Shown one piece after another: positions 25,919-39,189 of a stretch of DNA of 64,000 bases. How positions within the stretch are numbered: the stretch's first letter is position 1; each line of letters opens with the position of its first letter. The notes beneath the pieces were generated by a model. It was not told where the DNA came from, made no database searches, and worked only from the letters and a program-made list of their open reading frames with translations. The DNA lies in assembly GCA_965603825.1 (NCBI GenBank), contig CBFDEM010000062.1, positions 558,001 through 622,000 on the forward strand, read 5' to 3'. The DNA comes from Blepharisma stoltei ATCC 30299. Its lineage: Eukaryota; Protista; Ciliophora. The translations under genes were made by a program, and so were the position numbers.

Positions 25919-28900
25919 TTATATTTTAGCCCCAATTAGACTTCTTGAAGAGCTTATATCAATTGCACTATTATCTTGCTCCTCAACCAATAAACTACTA
26001 ACTCTATGGGTAAATAAATTATTTGGCGCATTTGAAATGCTGAGAACACTATCTTGAGTAATTTTCTTTAGCTTGGTTTTTTCAATCACTGAGGGTAAAT
26101 ATTTTTTTCTATGGGATCTTTCTCGATTTGATTCGTTTATTTCTGAGGCAAGAATTGTGCTCCCGAGTGAAAATCGGAAAAATAAAGTAATGTCAGGAGC
26201 TTCTTCAGAATAAAGTAGGCTTGGGTAATGATTTTTTTGATAGCATAACCCAAAAGCTATCATTAACCCTCATCCTATGTATTCGAATGCAAGTCATATC
26301 GAATACATTTTTACTGGCAAAATTCAGAATAAAGAGGAAAGAGATACACTTCAAATAATTGCGCAATAAGAAATAATCGACCATAAGTTGCATCTATCAT
26401 AATTATAAGGCTTTTTCTTTATGCAAAACAATAAAAAGCCTAGAAAAAGTAAGATATAGCATGCCCCATGCAAAGACTGGCTATAGACCTTTACTGTTTT
26501 ATTTAGAACTATAATGCAAACTTGAAGGAGGCTTTTTACCATCAAAAAAAGTGACCTTGGCTTTATATTTGCATCATCATTTGAATGATCTCAGAATGGT
26601 CTAAAATAAATAGCAAGAGGTAAATAAACAATTAAGGCGATTAATGAGACTATAGCGATAGGAAGATGATATTTTTTATAGCAAAATTGATTGCAATCAT
26701 TTCTTACAAAGCTTTGAGAAAGTTCATCTCCAATGGATTGGTCGCATTGAAATATGCTTAGAAGAACTGAGACGATTGGCAAAAAGAAAGCATTCCCAAG
26801 CAACGGCATTAATATCGTTGCTAAATTTGTACTGGAAGTAGAAAAAAAATTTACAAATTTCGCTTCAAGCCGTAGAATTATATGAACACAAAAATAAAGT
26901 CAAAGTCCTACTGCTCCAATAACTATATTCACATACAACCAAAAAATCTTTCCTTTTGTGAGCCAATGAAAATTTATTACAGCATATCTGCCAAGCCAAT
27001 CTGAATATTTATCATATTTATCCAGATCTGGCCCCATTGCTAAGTATTGGAGGAAATATATAAAGATCATAGTCATTGCAACATAGTCTTCGAATTTTAT
27101 CAATGATTTTGTCGTTAAATTAGGGATTTCAACTTTCCACCATCTCTTTCATATATAAAAAGTTGTACTAGTTGTCACTACAACAATGAAAAGTCCCACA
27201 CAATAAAGAATTGATGCACCTTTCTCAGAATATTTAGCATGATTCTTATCAAAAGGGCATTCGCTATATGTAATTGTATCTGAAGGAATATCAGTTGTAT
27301 TATCGTATCAATTTATATTATCATAAAATTGTATAAGCTGAGCGCTCCCTAAGTCATATTTTCCTGCCGGAAACTCATATAATAAATTTTTTGCTTCATT
27401 CCATTTTAAATTAAAAATGCTCATCATGCTTGTGCTTCTCTGGTTAGAATCGGGATCTACTGAAACGGTGCCAGAGCATCCAATAAATTTTTGCACCCTC
27501 AAATTGGCATTCAATATTGCTGTATCTTCAACATTTTCTCCCTGATCTATCGTATACTTGATTCCGTTTAGCAGCAGCATTGCTGCATCAAATGAGAAGC
27601 ATCGAAATACTGTATCTGAGCCAAAAACTTTTACATATCCCTCTTTAAGCTGTTGACCATAATCTCCCACCCAATCTGCTTGGTCAACAGCAATAGAGCC
27701 ATATAGGAGCTCTAATAACTTTTGACTTTGTATAGGATCAGGCTCTGTAGGTAGAGCGAAAGCAATCCTATTATAAAACAAAAAAATAGCATCACCCCTT
27801 TTTAGTCCTGTATCATACAAATCTTCAATAAAGTAAAATTCTGACGGTGCATTTACAAACAGAATTCAAATTCTTGTTTTTAAATTTATTGCATTGAGCA
27901 TTCATGGCTTATATTGCGCATAATCAGTATGCCTATAATTTATTTTAATTAATCTTTCACTAGGTTTGTTTATTATATTTATGTTTGTGCTGTTTGTCAT
28001 TTTCTCAAAATATTGATAAACCATAATAGGTCCAGTAGAGTTTTCATAATAAACAATGATATTTTTTCAATTAAAGGTAGCTATGAGGCTAAATAAAACG
28101 CCTGCATTATATCGACTATCTTTAATTACTCTCATGAACTCTGGGTATACTTTTTTATTTGTTAAAGTAGGTGCTGGGGCATTTTCAGAGATATGTGGAA
28201 TTGAAATTCCTAATTTCCTCAGCGAAAGTATATTTCCAATGCAGGTTGGAGCTGTTGTTGTAGTTAACAGTCCAACTCCAAGCTGGGTTTTTAATTTATT
28301 GAAGCAGCTATATGAATAAGTTGGGCTATAAACCTCAGCTCCGCAATCTGTATGCTGCACTATAATTTCAAACCCCTCTAAAATATTAGTTTCTTTTATT
28401 TTTGACAAAGCAAATTGTGCACCTCACTTGACTGGATACGAATAGCTGCTGTTTATGTATCCTGGATTAGTCACTCCATCAGCCATAGATATAGTGATAT
28501 TAGATATTGGCGAGTTTGGAACAACAATTGAGTTCCCAGGAAAAAATATTTTATCATTTATTGACAGATTTTGATAAATTTCTCCGACCTTTGCTTTAGA
28601 ACTATTTTGTATATTTATCAACGAAAACTTAGGCTGGAGATGATGATTTTTGGTATTTTCTTCTAAAAATAATCTCAATTTAAAAGAATCAGAAAAATCT
28701 TGAAACTCTAAAATTAGCTTTATAAATTTTGCATATGCTAAAGCTTCATAACTGTAATTATCAACAGAGTTTTCTAAACCCAACTCAATATAAGCTAAAA
28801 CTCCGTCTTCTTTAATATTCCATAAGCTTTTGCTACCTAAGATGATTCCACAGCCAGAACTAAATATATTTTTTTTCTTTAAGCTTTCGACTAATTTTTC

Positions 28901-29488
28901 AGCACTATTTCCTTCATTTAAGATCGCAATATTTTTTATCCCAGTAGGCTTAATGAGTTTTCCAATTAACTGATCTGCGTGGTCTTGAGTTTCATTCTCT
29001 GCAAAATTAAAAAATTTTATATTTTTATCAGAAAATCCATTCAATGATCCATTATAAATTTCTTCAGAATTATGACTGGAAATAATTATAAATTTGTCCC
29101 AATTAAAAAACTCAACTAAATTTAATAAAGCATCATAGTGTTCTTGGATATGGTAACTGGAGAAAAATTGCCACTCGTTATAGGATTCTGAGCTTGGGTT
29201 TGAGCTTATAATTATGAAGTGGGCTTGATTCGCTAAATGTTTTATGCAGCTTCCAAATCAAAGGCTTGACGTTAAATCTATTATAACTTGAGCTTCAGCA
29301 AAGTAAGCTGTATCAGAACAATGTGTGAAGATCGTTTCTCTAAGCTCAATTTGGTTGTTTAAAGTTTGCTTGAGGAAGTTTGATGTGTATGAAATCAAGT
29401 TAAGATCTGTAGCATTACTATAAATAATCTCAACGAATAACTGACCCTGAGTGAAGCAGAGAGACAGGATCAAAGCAAAAATGGTCAT
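25919..29488 (-). CDS. Double Venus-flytrap multi-TM receptor, copy 3 (1189 aa)
   Basis: All pieces in one frame via TGA=W, same motifs. Confidence 0.85.
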
Positions 29489-30023
29489 TTTTTTTATTAG
29501 AACTAATAATGAAGTTTAAGTATTATTTTATTCTTATTCAAAGCTTTTTTATATAAGGTTTAATAAATTTTAAGAATAGAATATGAAATAGCATTTATTT
29601 ATAATAAATTTAACCTTAAAGACCTCTTAATTGCGATGAGGATAACACCAAGAGCATTATTTTTAAAAAACTTTAATATAATTTTATAATTATATCTATA
29701 AGTTTAATATCTAATAATTAAGCGAAGTCACATAAATCAGAATGCTTTCAAATTAATCATTTTTAACTAAGAGTTTCTGAACAAAAAGTTATTTAAGTGT
29801 TTTCGTTTTTGAATCCTGATACTTAAATAAAATCTGCTTAGATATAAGTCTATAAGTTCTGATGCATGCTATAAAGTTTAAAATAAAAATATTATAAAAT
29901 CTAAATAATTTAATTATAATACTCAGATTTTTATTATTATCATTTTTTTGCCTTAATTATTTTAAAAAAAAAAAATTAAAAAATTTATTAAACTTCACTT
30001 TCTCAATTCAAAATTTTATTACT

Positions 30024-33000
30024 TTAGTAATGGCCTATAAGCTTTCGAGTTGAGCTTATTTCAAGAGGATAATTCTCTTGTTCCTGATTAAATAAACTAC
30101 CCGGCCTATGGAAAAATATGTTTTCTGGTAAATTGGAGATGCTTATAACATCACTTTGATTATTTTCCTTTAATTTAGTTTTTTCATTCCCAGATGACAT
30201 ATAGTTTTTTCTGTCAGATCTTTCTCGATTGGCTTGATTTATTTCAGAAGCAAGGACTTTACTTCCCAGCGAAAAACGGAAAAATAAAGTAATGTCAGGA
30301 GCTTCTTCAGAATAAAGTAGGCTTGGATAAAGTTTTTGTTGAAAATATAATCCAAAAGCTATCATTGATCCTCATCCTATGTACTCTAGTGCAACTCATA
30401 TAGAATATATCTTTACTGGCAAAATTCAGAATAAAGAGGAAAGAGATACACTTCAAATAATTGCACAATAAGAAATAATCGACCATAAGTTGCACCTATC
30501 ATAATTATAAGGCTTTTTCTTTATGCAAAACAATAAAAAGCCTGAAAAAAGTAAGATATAGCATGCCCCATGCAAAGACTGGCTGTAGACCTTTACTGTT
30601 TTATTTAGAACTATAATGCAAACTTGAAGGAGGCTTTTTACCATCAAAAAAAGTGACCTTGGCTTTATATTTGCATCATCATTTGAATTATCTCAGAATG
30701 GTCTAAAATAAATAGCAAGAGGTAAGTAGATAACTAAAGCAGCTAAAGAGATAAAGGCTAGATGAAGATGATAATTTTTATAGCAAAACTCATTGCAATC
30801 ATTTCTCACAAAGCTTTGAGTAAGGCCATCTCCAATGGATTGGTCACATTGAAATACGCTAATTAGAACTGAAACTATTGGCAAAAAGCAAGCATTCCCA
30901 AGAAATGGCATTATTATAGTTGCCAATGTTTTACTGTAGGCTGAAAAAAAGTTCACAAATTTAGTATCAAGTCTTAGTATCATGTGAATACTAAAATAAA
31001 GCCATAATCCTACTGCTCCAATAACCAGCTCTACATAAATTCAAAAAATCTTACCTTGTGTGAGCCAATGAAAATTTATAATTGCATAGCTGGTAAGATT
31101 ATTTGAATAGCTATCATATTCACCTATATCCGGACCCATAGCTAAATATTGAAGAAAATATATAAAAATCATTACCATTGCAATATAATCTTCGAATTTA
31201 ATAAGAGATCTTGTAGTAAGCATTGGAATTTCAACATTTCACCATCATTTTCATATATAAAAAGTTGTCCCAGCTGTTACAATAACGATAAAAAAGCTTA
31301 TGCAATACAATATCCCTGCACCTTTTTTAGAATATTCTTCTAAGCCTTTATCGAAAGGGCATTCATCATAAGGAATTGTGTCTGAAGGTGTATCAGTTGT
31401 GTTGTCATATCAAATTAAATTTTCATAAAATTGAATAAGCTGAACGCTTCCTAAGTCATATTTTCCTGCAGAAAACTCATATAATAAATTTGTAGTTGCA
31501 TTTCACTTTAAAATAAAAATACTCATTATGCTAGTGCTTCTCTGATTCGAGCCAGGATCTACTGATACTATTCCAGAGCATCCCACAAACCTCAGAGCTC
31601 TTAGGTTAGCATTCAATATTGCTGGATCTTCAACGTTTTCGCCTTGATCTATTGTATATTTGATCCCATTCAGTAGTAGCATCGCAGCATCAAATGAGAA
31701 ACATCTATATATTATATCTGAGCCATAATTTTTTATATACTCTTCTTTAAGTCTTTGGCCATAACTTCCTACTCAATCTTGATTATCAACAACAATCGAG
31801 CCATACATTAACTCCATTAGCTTTTTAACTTGAGTTAGATCAGGCTCAGTAATAATAGCATAAGCCTTTCGGAGGTAAAACAAAAGAATTGCATCGCCTC
31901 TTCTTAATCCTGTGTCATAAAAGTCCTCAATAAAATAGAACTCTGAAGGAGCATTTATAAAAATAATAAAAATCCTTATTCTTGAATTTATTGCGTTTAC
32001 CATCGCTGGCTTGTACTGTTCATAATCAGTATGTCTGTAATTTATTTTAATTAGCCTTTCACTTGGATCATTTCCAATATTAATGCTTGTGTTATTTATC
32101 ATTTTCAACAAATATTCATAGCACGATATAGGGCCAGTGGAATTCTCATAGAATACAATTATATTTTTTCAATTAAAGACAGCTAAAAGGCTAAAGAGAA
32201 CACCTGTGTTGTACCTAGAATCTTTAATAACTCTCATAAATTCTGGATATGCTACTTTATCAGTCAAAGCAGGAGCTGGGGCGTTTTCAGAGATATGTGG
32301 GATTGAAATTCCTAAACGTCTCAATGAAATTATATTTCCAATGCATGTTGGTGCTGCTGGCGTTGTTAAAAACCCAACTCCTAGCTGACTTTTTAATTTA
32401 CTAAAGCAGTTATAAGAAAAAGAAGGGCTATAGACCTCAGCTCCACAGTCTGTATGGTGCATCAAAATCTCAAACCCATCAAGAAAATTGATTTCTTTTA
32501 TGTAAGATAATGCATATTTCGCACCTGTCTTAATAACAGAGTAGCTACTATTTGTGTAGCCTGGATTGGTTACACCATCGGCCACAGATATAGTGATGTT
32601 AGTTGTCGGTGAGTTTGGGATTACTGTAGAGTTTCCAGGAAAGATTATAGTTCCATTAAGTGCTAGTTCATGATATATATCTCCTACTTTTGTTTTTTGA
32701 CTATTTTTTATGTTAATCACAGAGAATTTTGATTTTAGATGATGATTTTCGGTATTATCTTCCAAAAATTGTTTCAACTCAAGAGAATCATTAATTCCTG
32801 GAAACTCTAAAATCAACTTTATAAACTTTGTTAATGCTAAGATTTCATAGCTATAGCTATCAACAGAATTTTCAAGTTCAGACTCAACATAAGCTAAAAC
32901 CCCATCTTCTTTAATACTCCACAAGCTTTTACTACCTAATATGATTCCACACTCTAAGCCAAATACATTTTTTTTCTTCAAGCTTTTTACTAATTTTTCA

Positions 33001-33593
33001 GCACTTTTTCCTTCATTTAAAATTACAATATTTTTTATTCCAGTTGGCTTAATGATTTTACCTACTAATCGATCAACATAATCTTCGCTTTCATCATCAT
33101 CAAAATTGAAAAAATTTAAATTTTTGTTTGAAAATTTCTTTTCTAATTCACCATATGTATTCTGCGCCTCAATATTAGAAACCACAATAAATTTATCTCA
33201 ATTCAAAAACTCAATTAAATTTGACAAGGCATTATAATGATCTTGATTAGGATAGTGGGTGGAAAATTGTCAATCATTATAGCTTTCTGTATAAGTATTT
33301 GAGCTAATAACTACAAAGTGAGCTTGATTTGCTAAATCTTTTATACAATTTACTAATGGGAGACTAAAGGTTAAATCTATTACGATTTGAGTTTCATCAA
33401 GACGAACTATACTCTCAGAGCAGTTCAAAACTAGAGTTTCTTTGAGCTCGATCTGGTCGGTTAAAGTTTGCTTAAGAAAGGCTGACATTTGGGCAGTCAA
33501 GCTCATATCTGTGTAGTTGCTATAAAGGACTTCAATAAATAGTTGAGCTTGAGTGAAATAGAAAGAGAATAAAAAAGCTAAACGACCTATCAT
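30024..33593 (-). CDS. Double Venus-flytrap multi-TM receptor, copy 4 (1189 aa)
   Basis: All pieces in one frame via TGA=W, same motifs; closest to copy 3. Confidence 0.85.
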
Positions 33594-34363
33594 TTTCTAT
33601 TTTATGGCCGCTCAAAATCAGATATGATACTTTTCTGCTTGATTAATATTCCTCAAAGCTTTAAAGATCTTATGACACCAATTTTGCAGAACTAATAGGA
33701 ATTATTACAACTAAAAAATCTAATTAAAATATATTTTGTTGATTAAACTCTTGATAACTTAAAAATTTTTATAGCTAAGGAAGGAATCTCCAATTTTTAT
33801 TTTCCCTCGATTTCTGTTTGCTATTTTATTTTATCGAATATGAAGGACTTAAACGATTATGCCAAATTAATATTTTATCTGGTGATTTATAAGCAAATTT
33901 AATTTTATTCTTTCTTAATAAGTCCCGCACTTTAATGCTATTATTAATGATAATTTCTTATCTTTTATTTTCAAAAATTTATATAATTTCTATTATAATA
34001 AATTAAATTTTATTACTTAAAGTAAAATCTATAAATAAAATCTAATTCCTCTATTCAATTATCAAAATTTCGAAGCATCATAACTAGAAGTATCTTACTA
34101 AATCAGTTAAAACAAGAACATTCACATAGACAAAATTTCAATAAAACTTTCTTTTAAAGCCCACACATAATAGATTTTACAAATAACTTTAAATTTAGCT
34201 GCAAAATAATTTTACATTAGCTTAAGCTTCGAAATAATTAATTTTGTCACAGCTTTCAATTTTATTATCCCAAACAAAATAATTAGCTTTTCCTCTTAAT
34301 AAGCCAACATGGAATATAGATAATAAAATTACGGTTAATAAATATCGAATTAGTTAATTAACT

Positions 34364-34738
34364 TTAATCACTATCAAAAGAATAGTATTCCTGAATCTTC
34401 TTGGGTTTATTGCAACCATAGCGCATATCTGGAGTCCCATCATATTTTCTTGGAAGATCCCTTGCAGCTTTATACCTATAGTCTGGGATCCCATCTGCTT
34501 TTCTTGGGATATCATCATAATTTGAGCTTTTCGCTGAACATTTCTTCTCTGGAGTTTCATAATTTCGTGTTTCTGTGCGACTATTAGGTATTTTTTGTGA
34601 TACTGTGGATTGTATTTTGACTTTAGTGGTTACTTTAACGTTGTCGTACTCACGAGATTCTTTAAGACTAACTGTCCTAGAAGATTTGTTGATAGAAAGT
34701 TGGCTGAAAAGCTGATCAAGATCTTCGTCAGAGTACAT
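34364..34738 (-). CDS. Small basic protein with two PRKxDGxPDxRY motifs
   Basis: 124-aa ORF containing PRKADGIPDYRY and PRKYDGTPDMRY. Confidence 0.7.
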   Translation of the reverse strand: MYSDEDLDQLFSQLSINKSSRTVSLKESREYDNVKVTTKVKIQSTVSQKIPNSRTETRNYETPEKKCSAKSSNYDDIPRKADGIPDYRYKAARDLPRKYDGTPDMRYGCNKPKKIQEYYSFDSD

Positions 34739-35267
34739 TATTTTATATTAATTTGATTGGAATTGCAAAAATTTGTTGAAAATTCGAGAAAATGGAATGC
34801 AGATGTCTACATAAAAGGGAGAATGCTTGATTCATTGATCTTGAAAAAATTTATTGCTTAAGAAAGATTTGTTTGTAATTAAATGAGAGAGCATTAAATT
34901 CAAAATCTCAATACCCTACAACCAATTTTCAATTTATTAAATGAGAGCATTAAAGCTGATCATATTTAGATCTTATATAATGCTTTAAAGATTAAGAAAG
35001 AAAAAATTATTGCAGCTGCCACTTGCATTCTGCTAAATCTGATTTCTAGTGATATTCTGATTCTTTATGTCATCTTTTTTTATAAAATTTATATCTTTAG
35101 AGATATCGCTGATGCACTTTCTCAAGTCATTAATGATTGCTTTGTCTATTGTTTATAAAATTCCAACTTATCATCATCTCCATGGCTTAAATTTAAAAGA
35201 AATTAATATTATCATGAGATACTAAAATTCAATTATTTTTTGCATTAATAAATCTTAATAATATGAT

Positions 35268-37067
35268 TTAGTTAGCATTCGTACTCCGTTTTAATTCTCT
35301 CCTTTTAACTTGCCTTAATGGGGAATAAATATCAATAGCTTCATTTTTGCCTAAAAATATGTCTGTAAGATTAGTTCTTCTCTCTTCAAAAGCATTTCTC
35401 AAACTTTCAATTGCTAAATATTTCTTACAAAATTCCTTTAAATAGTTATTTCCGACTGCATAAACATTGAGAATATTACAAAAAGTACTCAAACTCAGCC
35501 CATTTTCTTGTTCTTCATACAAAATTGCTTCATTAAATAAATTAGTTAAAAACTCTGGATTTATATTTTTTTCTATCTTTTTAGATAACTCATCAAACTT
35601 TTCTCTTTCCATAGGTTCTGAAAAATCCATTCCGTATAAATTCTTCAATTTTTTAACAGATCTTATTTGTAGCTGCTTATGCACCTTTATTAGCGCATTT
35701 AAAAATTGGCACTTAGAAATTGAATATTCTGGGCTCTTACAATTACGGTTGTGAGCAATTAAGTCAATTTTTTCAATAAATGCAGATTTAGAAATAAAAC
35801 CTTTTTGCTCAGGATCTAAATATTGGCTGAGGATCTCAATATTTTGATAGGTCATCCAAAAATCGATTTTTGAATATAATTTCCTAAAGAAATCTTGAGT
35901 GGGAAGTTTATTGTTTATTGGACTTAAAGAATTAAATAATGTTTCTGTAGAAAAACCTTGTTTAGCCATTTTTTGGCACAAGAGGAAAATTAAAAATGCC
36001 TCTTGTGTTATTTTTTCTGGCTTGAGGATGTTTAAAAGTTGATTTTTTGTGTATCTATGGAAGAAGCTTTCATTTATTAAATAGTAAACATCAATAAGTC
36101 TTGCAAATCCACCCAGCAATTTTTTCTCAACTTCTTCAATTGGCTCTTTTTTATTTTTCGCATCTGTCTTGATCTTTTCTTTAATTATCATTATTTTGTT
36201 AAATTTGCAACGGATTTGTGTAAGAAAAATTGAGAGATTTAATGGAATTGGCTCAGGATCATAAATATTTAGCAACTTGCAAAACAAAACGATGTATGGA
36301 TGATTATTTTGGTATTGGGCCTCTAAGCCTGGAATTAACTGGCTTAAAGTTTTATAAGCAAGCTTTCTCAGTCCAAATTTTTGATTTAAAAATTCTAGGA
36401 GATATTCTCCTACATCTTTAGGCTTTCTATTTTCTGACAAATCTTTCAAATCCATCTCGAGTTTCTTATCAAGCAGCTCTTCAAATAATACCACAATATT
36501 TCGTGCTGGCATAGGCTTTTCATTGGAAATTGTATGACTTGCAAATTCATCCATAATGAAGCTGTTTCGCAAAAATTTTTCATTGAATTTATCAATGATT
36601 TCTTTAGCTGCTTGATTTTCCTGCTCTTCTCTTATCCTATCTTCTTCATTAACTATTGAAAAATTCCCGCTCTGAGAGTAGCTTAAATCGGAAACGTCCA
36701 AATTGATATTATCATTTCATAATTCCAAAGCATTTTGGTACTGTCTAATCAGTAATTTCTCAAATACTTTTAATGTTTTCTCGAATCTTAAGTTTTGACC
36801 TAAACTTGCATCAGTTTTTATATCTTCAGTGCTAAAAGAGTTAATTGGATCAGATACTGCAAGTATATTAAGGATTTTTTTAGGCGTTGATGACGAGTTT
36901 TCAAGCTCATCTTGCTCGACTACTGAAGAAATATCAACTTGTTGCTTTCATGGTTCTATTATGGAAGTTATAGTTTCTCTGAACTGAAGCTCGCGCTTTA
37001 CTAATTCTTGATTGCTCTTTATGAGGTCTTGAATGAGAATTTTGTCTTGAGAATGGTTGCAGCCCAT
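35268..37067 (-). CDS. Helical protein with degenerate EF-hand-like segments and N-terminal MGC acylation-like motif
   Basis: ORF 35268..36701 extends upstream through two TGA to ATG 37067 (MGCNHS). LDPEQKGFISKSAF resembles an EF-hand loop. Confidence 0.7.
35414..35428 (-). other. Candidate 15-nt in-frame intron
   Basis: gtaagaaatatttag on the minus strand. It has no stop, so it is invisible in the ORF track. Confidence 0.6.
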
Positions 37068-37658
37068 GTCTCTGGATGTCAATAAAGTATTGATTAATTA
37101 AAATCAATAGAAAAGAATGGAAATAAAATTAAAGCGAACTTATATTACAAGAGTTGAATAAACAAAAAAATCAAAAGGGATAATAGATAATTACTTATAT
37201 ATTTATAAGAAAAAGATATTGTGATTTAGATTCTGCTTATATTAAATTACGTTTTAATTTAGTTTATTATTAAAACTTCTTTGATTTATATTAGACAATT
37301 TAAGCCTAGAAGATTTTGACAATGCAATTTAGCATAATTCAGCCTATTAAAAATCTATATATTAAATACATCAAAATTTTTTTGCCTCATGTTAGCTGCT
37401 AGCTATTTTCAAAAATTTTAAATATAAAAATATTTGCAAATTAAATAACTTTTAGGAGGATACTTAAATTTCAAATATTAGGACTTTGGCTATTTGCTTT
37501 CTTAATCAATTAGATAATTAATTTTATTATATCATAAGCCTAAATTTTTTGCCGGGTTCCATTAAAAACCATAAGCCCATTAGATTCTTTAATAAATACT
37601 ATTTTATTTTTCATTCACTCAGATTATAACATATTGCATATTCTCTAGAGTTGAAATT

Positions 37659-38258
37659 ATGAATTTTCAAACAATTTATCAGCAGCAGCCCAACGAAGAC
37701 ACACACCATATTCGAGATCTCTCCTTTTCACTTTATTGCAAAGATATGTTTGAGGCTCCCATAGAAACACCTACAACGACATCCAATATACCTCATTCTC
37801 CATACAAAAAATTCCACTTAACACCATCTCCAAAGCAAATTAAAACCCCTCTTCTACAGACTTCTAAAACCCCAAAAATCGACCAAAACTTATCGTTTAG
37901 CAGACCTTCAAGAATAAAATCAGCGAAATCTAAATCCAAAAGCCCAAAAATCAAATGAAGAAGCCATAGTCCTACAAACGAATTTACTTATACCCCAAAA
38001 GGCTCCAAATCAAAAATCATTAACTACAACAAAGCTTCTATTATAATCATCCCTGCCTTAGTAGCAGTCAAAGACGAAAAGCCTTATGTAAAATCAATGA
38101 AAACTTTATATACCCGAGCTAAAGGGAAAATGCCGAAGCCTCCAAGCTCTCCTCTAAAATTCAATGAAAAAGTCCCACCTCAACGAAAATTCCGGCTCAT
38201 TAGATCTTTACAGAGTCCTTCAAATTCAATAAGTTTTAAAAATGTACACATAAATTAA
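37659..38258 (+). CDS. Hypothetical basic Ser/Pro/Lys-rich protein (199 aa)
   Basis: ORF continues through TGA 37956-37958 to TAA 38256-38258. Confidence 0.65.
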
Positions 38259-38282
38259 AATAAAAATTTGTTTATTTATATA

Positions 38283-38741
38283 CTAAACCAACCCTCCCAG
38301 ATCTTCAAAATCTTCTTGTTCAGCAGAAATATCGAGCCCACCTGTCTCTAAATTCCATCCGCCAGATTGATATGTGCAGTTTGTGCTGTTTGTGTTGTTT
38401 GTATTATTCCCTGGAGGTGTGACTGTTTGGTTTGGAAGACTGCAATTGCAAGAGCAAGAGCATGAAAAGCAAACACAGCTACAACTGCAAGTGCAATTTC
38501 CTGATCCGATCGTTGTGAAATTTGTAGAAGAACTTGGGGTGTAAGTGGTGTTGGCGACACAGCAGCTATCTGGTGGGCATTCGGGGCGCTCATCACACTC
38601 ATCAATTTCGTAGTCATAAACGTCTAACCAATGGTGATGGCATTTAGCACGGTGGCATCCGCAGCCTCTTAATTCTCTTCCTTCTTCATTTGCATGGGCG
38701 TAGAGTGCAAGTGATAATAAGACTAGTATGACTAATTTCAT
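38283..38741 (-). CDS. Small secreted Cys/His-rich protein
   Basis: Signal peptide, GRELR putative processing site, CGCHRAKCHHH, and CTCSCSCVCFSCSCSCNCS. Confidence 0.75.
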   Translation of the reverse strand: MKLVILVLLSLALYAHANEEGRELRGCGCHRAKCHHHWLDVYDYEIDECDERPECPPDSCCVANTTYTPSSSTNFTTIGSGNCTCSCSCVCFSCSCSCNCSLPNQTVTPPGNNTNNTNSTNCTYQSGGWNLETGGLDISAEQEDFEDLGGLV

Positions 38742-39189
38742 ATAATATAATTATTAATTGAAAGATTTTACTTTTACAAATCTTTAATTAGTGTCTTATA
38801 TTAAATAATGGAAATTCTGATGGCTGGGATTATTCTTGCAAACTAAAAATGGTGGACAATCGGGATTAGTTGTGATAGATAAATTCGTAATTTAAATATG
38901 GATTTTTATATATGACGAATTATTGATACCGACGACATCGCATTTTGGTTTTCTTCGGAGATTGAAATTAATAAGATTTTGGATTTCAAAACATCCAAAA
39001 ATTAAATAAGCTTTTAATAATAATTTTTTCGAGTTCATTAGAGCTTATTTCTAGCCTAAAGTGTTCAATTGATTATTGTTTCTCCAAAAAATGTTGATCC
39101 ATCTCTTTGCAATTGAATTTCTCAGAATTATACTTTAGATGCTATTCTATACTATCATATTTTATTAATTACTTTATCATTATTTATTA

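Noticed and set aside
17192-33593. Interpretation as a field of pseudogene fragments or selenoproteins
   Set aside because: All breaks are in-frame TGA at positions where paralogs often have TGG, so they encode Trp.
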